Shown here piece after piece: positions 62,401 to 64,000 of a stretch of 64,000 bases of DNA; position 1 is the first letter of the stretch; each line of letters begins with the position of its first letter. The DNA lies in NCBI GenBank assembly GCA_000002445.1, contig CH464491.1:256001-320000 (forward strand), in the 5' to 3' direction. Both the position numbers and the translations under genes were made by a program. Origin of the DNA: Trypanosoma brucei (Eukaryota). Under the pieces are notes generated by a model that saw only the letters and a program-made list of their open reading frames with translations, was not told where the DNA came from and searched no databases.

Positions 62401-64000
62401 ATCGTGACTTCCTTGACCTTGAACCTGATGGCGTCCCTCGAGAAGAGTTGCCGCTTGATACAGATGAGAGGTTTCAGGTATTGGCACAAGAACATTTTCG
62501 ATTAAAAAGGCTGAATGGAAATCTGAAGTCCACTGAGGTAAGAGTTTTAGAGGAAAAAATGAATGAACGTCTGCACGAACTTGCCAAAGAATTCCTTCAA
62601 GAAAATCGTTCATTTCTTGATTCAGAACCAGAAGGCGTTCCGATAGCCGATGTTCCCTTTAGATGTGACCCTACTTTCGTCGAAATTGAACGAGAGTTAC
62701 TAAAGTTGAGCAGGAATCCGGTGGTGCCCGATAGCGCGAAGCAAATCGTTCGTGATCTTCTAAACAAGAGGTTGCATGAGATCGCTGCGGCTTTTTTGAA
62801 GAAAGAACGAATATTCCTCGACCCTGAACCCTTTGGTCTTCCATTGGCGTGTTTACCACTTAATTATGACCACATCTTGAATTTACTTGAACGAAAGCGG
62901 CGTGCTCTCAAAAAGAACGGGAGGGGAGAGATCAAAACAATTCGCTCCCTGGAGGAAGAGATCCAAGATCGTGTTAACGTTATTGCAGTGGAGTACTTGG
63001 AGATGGAACGGAGTTTTCTTGACCCCCGACCCCGGGGAGTGCCTTTGACCTTACTTCCTCTCAATGGTGATTGGCGTTTTCGTAGCATGGAGGTTGAGCT
63101 ACGGGCACTACGGAAGAACCAAACGAAAAACCGAAAGGATATTGAAAAAATAGAGGGAGACCTTAATCTTAGGGCGACGGAACTGGCAGGAGCCTTTCTA
63201 CAAAAACATCGTGTTTTTATCGATCCTGAGCCCCTTGGTGTGCCCATTGAAGAATTACCTCTTGACTCCGATTCCATCTTTCACAATATGGAGAGTATGT
63301 ATCTTCAAATGGGACGAGATATCCCGAGAGCAGCAGAACTTCGAAGAATGGAAGAGGAAATGAATGACCGAGTACGTGAACTCGCTACCGAGCATCTTCA
63401 GGGAGAACGCGCTTTTTTGAACCAAAAACCTCAAGGTATACCACTGTGTGACCTATCGCTTAACAACGATAGGCCGTTTCGTGACATGGAAAAGCGACTC
63501 CGTGCCCTTCGCAAGCACCCTCGTAGCAACACCGAAGGTATCAAAACTATTCAAGACGAAATGAACCAACGAGTAAATGCATTGGCTCGTCGCAAAATAT
63601 CTGATGATCGAAGCTATCTTCCGCTTGAGCTTCATGGCGTTCCCGTATATGACATTCCACTTGATGATGATAGGGAGTTCAGGGACCTTGAGATCAAACG
63701 GCACAGAGACAAAAACCTATCACCCGAGGACGCTGTGTTAGTTCAACGGGTTGAAGAAGAACTGGTCAGCCGCGCTCTGGATATCGCAAAAGATTTTGTG
63801 TCGAGAGAGCGCTCTTTTCTAGACTCTAACCCACAAGGAGTTCCAATAATCCGTCTTCCGTTGAGTACCGATGAGCAGTTCCGAGAATTAGAGACGAGGC
63901 GCCGCCACCTCAAAAAAGATCCGAGGAATGCGGGCATAGTCGCACTGCTAGAGCAGCAGCTCAGAGCGCGAGCACACGAGCTAGCAGAGGGACTATTAGG
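47463..64000 (+). CDS. Second giant calpain-like repeat protein, tandem paralog of the ClpGM6-type gene. N-terminal calpain-like domains followed by at least about 60 highly diverged 67-68-aa repeats. 3' end beyond the window.
   Basis: ATG at 47463 (MNYQAITEIPDSNTIFHDTIFMRNNKHVSEQWIRIGELYPNG...). Frame checked by hand at several points (for example 55920 QEKLKDDREFLDQCPEGVPL; 60420 AELDLDNDPLFHRMEVERAK; final codons ...LRARAHELAEGLL). The 6-frame track shows no long + ORF here only because no stop codon occurs before position 64000. The minus strand across the interval shows only short antisense ORFs. N-terminal 3 kb is nearly identical to gene 1. Confidence 0.8.
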   Translation, partial: MNYQAITEIPDSNTIFHDTIFMRNNKHVSEQWIRIGELYPNGAKESLLPETFAREQFGQGSHYECFMLSALATLVKFPDIIRNCFVSRNVRRDGRYTFQFFRDKEWVKVEIDDSVMLEDDEVLFIRSPTSHWWPLLFEKAYAKFYTSYDNLEGCTLQEAYHDLTGNPVLNIPMDARLAKAAGVDVTGGQYWLDLAQKLQSGQFVGSLLTRETDLESMGLQSEQQYGILEIFSLTGTSSVSDIVIHLYNPFEDEEFTYKGPLNSKDTEWTPKLREKYNVDDTHSIFLPLHVALKIVNSVQLCYISPIDGDATYFDDEWKGETAGGNPTSVTWRKNPLYCVRNAGINPVELVVVIKQKDQRRYMSSEERTMYLQCGIVVVQSTTVTQIPTYFVTGNNHKAIHKSLFLNSREVSSFVRIPPNSLCYLVPSCMKKGAESAFTLALYRVKLQDYSNILIKKLEVPSMDWGHCAIGKVTLETKVKERVDFFVDCPTDIHILMHQEKPFVNKVGGDITTRDYVGVYLYDDTDRKIGGVHAATNFRETSVLHRLPRSGRYAISITCPRASGEVPIALTIVGSPDANVRIVEAPDDASMFDDEDDIAEGDEDATVSNPIDYIPVAGGGQVFTEVPDSTVPFEDKRFMVDNKIMTNEPWIHIGDLYPEGKTRSLLPERLSREQFEQGEHFECCCLTAFAALVEHHPNVIRDAFVTKAVRRDGRYTFRFHRYGQWVKVEIDDRIPLLGGKTLFCRSSDGYWWPLLLEKAYAKFYTLYQNIEGCTLRELFYDLTGLPVLSIPMELKLAKAVLCDVDDVSFWVELSEGLKDCACAAVARPGFDDTLGLSNGQEYAVLDVVSLTDGEASSISDLVVKLHNPFLETEYKGPMNASDAAWSSELRTRLCPERRDTIYIPVEVFCNAFLTVEKVMVRGLIVPGWQFNSEWGEGTNGGNPTLVTWRENPIYVVQNTADTPLQIIAMIGQPDQRRVLHLLPEQEVNYVQCGLVLSQCTCSNPVPTYLVTSNNHRVVHKGLFVNFRESANIVTIPANSMSYLIPSAMFRDKTKFLLSYWFQKLPDMKFIKISRINVSVARSLPAIEHLELHNHEKKRVDFLVDVPTDIHILLRQEKPCVTVRTHDAMADDFLGIYLYNEDEKRIDGVTAATNYREMGLVHRLATAGRYALSITCPRGTGVVPCRVEIVGVEDAKVRITDPPEDAGNLCEVDLRFLGSEAEGVPLEDLPLDSDADLQAILEELRRLHGDIDANAEPIAKHERMMSDRVHKMARQLLAKDRSKYLPGYDLQTVNSILDAEPHFVVLERDRYHLKGDPRNATKVRNVERSLLTLANEILEKHDDPDLSFLGAEVEGIPTLDLTLMSDSSFSEMARERMQLKRDPIANASRLAEVEDSMVARANAIAKEMHLRERRYLNPEPEGVPLELLPLNEDEVVSEKEDRLRALNRKERKDEKLLRSLEDVIADRVHEIARELKLSERDLFLDPTPGGFPVAQLPLDEDDVFHSLEVERLQLRLRQDSLANKTSEIKELESWLNRRACELARVKVEEGRAFLDPEPLGFPLTDLNLDGDSEFVKLESELRKLRWEPRVNSTAMRTVEEDIARVVYRIALRKTCLDRDYLDAEYEGRPVQGLPLNDSKEVLAMETRRRVLINAKADRDEIGVAENMIRDAVREIARALNVGERLDYLEPCPRGVPVEDLPLDMDTEFHELEVHRQRLKCDAKKQDTVIMDVERALNDRAEALAREHLSSDRGYLDPASVGVPLRLLPLDSDSVFQELEIKRALLKKNPQRNGRAISALEGGLNERAHVLATEMKHAERSKFMDPNPGGIAIEDVPIDNDEVFCDLEIRRFGLCEDPHANIAAIRNLEDAMNERVIELADKMRCEIRMFLDPMPLGVSLDELPLDNNESFVAKEAELHKLRKDLRANGADVALLKSDLNELAKQMAAEMISKDRAFLFPEPEGRLLEELPLDSDKEFRSLEKQLRLLCKESPPEAQKIAAIEELLDGRAHQLAKMKNCAERKDYLISHPCGVPLDDVPLDNDDEFSMLEVKRAALMRDVVGNKDSIASVEKALNGRAEKLALLKLRSERSFLDPEPHGIPLHCVPLDDDDNFHLLEVERLTLKGLNIRENDRKLVGVENAMRDYVNDLALEVKRKMREDVLDTSPDGLPLSVLPLDNDLPFIELENGYIKAVFDAKDTLKIQDLAGAMRRRSEDIARKLRSDVRLSLEQHPLGFTLDELPVDDSELFLGKERELLELKQDGRYNSPTAIEIMEELNSIILDIAKEQAIREREFLDQEPEGRHITELNLDSDTTFLGLERQRRLLKKDPFADRSRIVDLEQMLNDRSHELAKKLNSLDRPKFLPVAIRGVLLSELPLDSDAEFTRLEVERSSLYRDPVRNASTINHVEEALNIRVAAMADEVVRQDRMFLGEDVEGVCVRHLPLDDDAEFRALETKRATYKSCGSRMGTKAIKDLEDQLGDRAAELARTAKKELRNLLGTEPLGVPLSDLPIDVDGRFRALEDNYRDLSRNSANGGKLCEIILQLNERALELAAELHTKERVVLSQCPGGIPLSALALNEDEMFKALETEARKLRHSTAGRGRNAARISELESAMNERAMELANQLRRTYCDAAPEGIPLELLGLGGVEEFTKLEDALRDATKDPVKNREIISDIEFELNSRAHVAAMGLLEGDRDYLECETMEVPLSDLPLNTDSVFRALEVERAVLKLREPHRGARRVRELELKLVERAHRLAEELKEEDLSGLDGEPEGVSLRALKPHNDSLFSEFVGAMRKLKRGPKRNTVAIEELRERMNERAHELAQEKLKDDREFLDQCPEGVPLSDLPLGTDPLFHKLETERARLKERDAARNITHIHELESRLKERAVELANEQKGRDLSELEQSPCGVPIYILQLHDDPVLQKMLNKMRGLRNRGVTGPEFVALIDEINNCARDAAEELLLRDREYLEPEPLGVPLSLLSLTTDTVFHGLEVQRAVLKAQNARRNAAKISDFEMRLNERAVQLAEVQRQRELEGLDPEPEGIPISVLNPHGDVEFIKLVTELRQLCSEGNNEGMCDVLKTTMNDVVHALAKRLKEGDRGYLDPEPEGVPLCVLPLDTDVLFFRLECERVTLKARNAHLNARRICELEDALNNRAVELAREQLRQDVNGVDEAPCGIPLQLLRLHEDSTFLVMVDDIRTLRKNPDANSEAIDAVVMSMNDRAYDVAIAQFDRGFLDPEPEGVPLCILPLDDDELFHGMEVERIKLKLTDARRNAQTIGTLEEEMNGRAHELALQQLREELSGIDAAPEGIPLSLLRVMEDPAFALMVLELRDLKKGTQGNAERIREVEDAMNNRAYELADGLLEGDRSYLDPIPLGVPVSELPLCSDEPFATMEVERARLKAEDARRNAAGIGELELKLNNRAKELASEQLLRDLEGFHDEYEGIDLAHLRPHDDKEFVSLVPELRRLKRDGDKEAVEQHMRSMDRRLRELAKELVGGDLWFLDKEPEGVPLTYLPLDGDEILDKLRHERAQLKIQDPRGNADRIAELERKMNERIHDLARCIGDEDFDGVEGEPCGIPLSLLSPRDDEVVAKLINDIRKVKYSTGEKSSNGALNNLQVELSKRVHQLAEDVLIRDRVKYLNQCPESVDISFLPLSTDEQFRALELERVIINIQSNGDDKRLDGLEDMLNKRAHELAKEQLQEDLRGLEQAPHGVPLDVLKPHSDLRFIKEAEQLRNLKRDPLRNKREIDDLVEQMNNTVGELALNLLRSDRDYLHLAPEGVPIEELPLEVDAKFCALEAERAMLKGENNPKNASMILSLEEKLNERARQLAQEQLLEDLKELSSFQHCVPLSLLSPHTDVQFAADVAEFRRLKKEGEQNTPAIQGVVGRLNARANELAEEYLRTDRASYLNPEQLGVPLDLLSLDTDSEFVSLEAERLKLLSYPAVNNEQITRLEAELNACAKKLLVKRLYKERNYLDRDPLGVSLNALPLDTDSQFHFMELKRLALKAGDPCCNEVAINTLEERLSDRAYELARGQIAEDLSDLISAPRGIPVSLLHPHNDPEFHEMVVSVRLLKRDSQPDLSKLMRLVDDLNRRVKELADCAVGTCRRKLNPLPDGIPLQSLPLDEDPLFSQMERDLVSLFLEDEKKNATRITKLEDRLNERAANIAVSVKAKDLEQLEQTPCGIPIELLRPHEDSTFASLANQYRISKHLGGSDSHGVNVGTLNKRATEIAIELLRGDQSYIDRQPCGVPFSALELEKDPQFRDLQVQRMRMVLSNPKRNLNRITELEVQLNSYVQRCAQAFLAADRGFVDKEPGGVPLAELDLDNDPLFHRMEVERAKLKIREPVINAYRIRNLEEKLNDRAHELAEELLATDLEGIAPEPEGVLLASLHPHDDAECASLIAAKRRLLKEPSQNMEKIRDVQEKLNNRVFQLAREVISKLRKQLVQEPEGIPLEFLPLDADNTFRSMERDLLALQATPRRNDIKVETLRGSLNERACELARGQIQCGRGFLNPQPEGVDLEHLPLDENVVFRSKEVERTKLKRCPHENAAAITQLESDLNALVHSIAKDIKLSDRAFLNLTSHGIPRELLPLDEDRSFTTMERRRRRLKRDGNRRATAMMNLEEMMQDRVDDLAFRILRGDRGNYVTLPDGIDAADIPIDTDERFGTLELRRAVVMLQGSDDCKEQVGKLEHQMSERLQELVRKRVKEDRDFLDPEPEGIPLKDIPLDSDAEFRHLEARRRKIRRESRRRVTNVADLEEAMNDRAHVLARCIVAEDVGHLRPDYRRIPTNELHLHNDDTFRSLASKRRELLQVGAVTVDIAAIEDDMDIRALQVADDVVAEERAFLDPQPGGMFIVDLQLDEDETFFALERERRRMRKDFRFAKRNKEAINDLEVSLNERACELAREAFSKQRDFMDQEPEGIPLKELPLDNDLIFKDAEISRYVLLKDPKHAANELIAFENVMNCRAHELAKEIIAKDRDFLDLEPDGVPREELPLDTDERFQVLAQEHFRLKRLNGNLKSTEVRVLEEKMNERLHELAKEFLQENRSFLDSEPEGVPIADVPFRCDPTFVEIERELLKLSRNPVVPDSAKQIVRDLLNKRLHEIAAAFLKKERIFLDPEPFGLPLACLPLNYDHILNLLERKRRALKKNGRGEIKTIRSLEEEIQDRVNVIAVEYLEMERSFLDPRPRGVPLTLLPLNGDWRFRSMEVELRALRKNQTKNRKDIEKIEGDLNLRATELAGAFLQKHRVFIDPEPLGVPIEELPLDSDSIFHNMESMYLQMGRDIPRAAELRRMEEEMNDRVRELATEHLQGERAFLNQKPQGIPLCDLSLNNDRPFRDMEKRLRALRKHPRSNTEGIKTIQDEMNQRVNALARRKISDDRSYLPLELHGVPVYDIPLDDDREFRDLEIKRHRDKNLSPEDAVLVQRVEEELVSRALDIAKDFVSRERSFLDSNPQGVPIIRLPLSTDEQFRELETRRRHLKKDPRNAGIVALLEQQLRARAHELAEGLL
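47511..50441 (+). repeat. Segmental duplication block B1 (copy of 23249-26185)
   Basis: See block A1. Identity starts about 16 codons into both CDSs, at HDTIFMRNNKHV. The 5' leaders and first codons differ. Confidence 0.9.
51100..64000 (+). repeat. Degenerate coding repeat array in gene 2, period about 200-205 bp. Consensus about [D/E]R.[FY]LD.[EQ]P.G[VI]PL..LPLD.D..F..LE.ER..LK.......I..LE..[ML]NERAHELA.E.L
   Basis: FLDPEPEGVPL-like motifs recur about every 200 bp (for example 52117, 52310, 52510, 52720, 52920, 53120). Each unit differs at most positions but keeps the same skeleton as the 68-aa unit of gene 1. Confidence 0.8.
51482..52021 (+). repeat. Segmental duplication block B2 (copy of 26959-27498)
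   Basis: See block A2. The sequences diverge immediately after gattcccttgc. Confidence 0.9.

Noticed and set aside
1-64000. Search for tRNA genes using the T-loop consensus GGTTCGAATCC and variants
   Set aside because: No convincing match was found by eye on either strand. I cannot exclude divergent tRNAs without a covariance-model scan.

Overview
The window reads as a nuclear chromosomal segment from a kinetoplastid, most like an African trypanosome (Trypanosoma brucei-type). Every convincing gene lies on the + strand as one directional polycistronic cluster. Genes are separated by polypyrimidine tracts, purine- or A-rich UTR-like stretches, and (TG), (AC) and (TA) microsatellites. I found no tRNA, rRNA, CRISPR or transposon signatures.

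Positions 1-22.8 kb carry ten ordinary protein genes. They include a signal-peptide membrane protein, a possible small coiled-coil ORF, a J-domain protein with a C-terminal transmembrane anchor, a ribokinase/pfkB sugar kinase, a Brix-domain ribosome-biogenesis factor, a vasohibin-like tubulin carboxypeptidase, an ABCD-type (peroxisomal/glycosomal) ABC half-transporter, and three hypothetical proteins.

The dominant feature is a tandem pair of giant calpain-like cytoskeletal repeat-protein genes. Gene 1 (23180-44914, 7244 codons) has the ClpGM6/GM6-antigen architecture: N- and C-terminal calpain-like domains flank about 69 near-identical 204-bp (68-aa) tandem repeats. Its repeat array is broken by a 100-N assembly gap, so the true copy number is unknown. 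A 4719-codon antisense ORF across this array is a repeat artefact.

Gene 2 (47463 to beyond the window end, more than 5500 codons) is a paralog. Its N-terminal calpain region is almost nucleotide-identical to gene 1 in sharp-edged mosaic blocks, which suggests gene conversion. Its repeat region keeps the same 67-68-aa period but every unit is highly diverged, so the pair shows one repeat family in two evolutionary states, homogenised versus degenerate.
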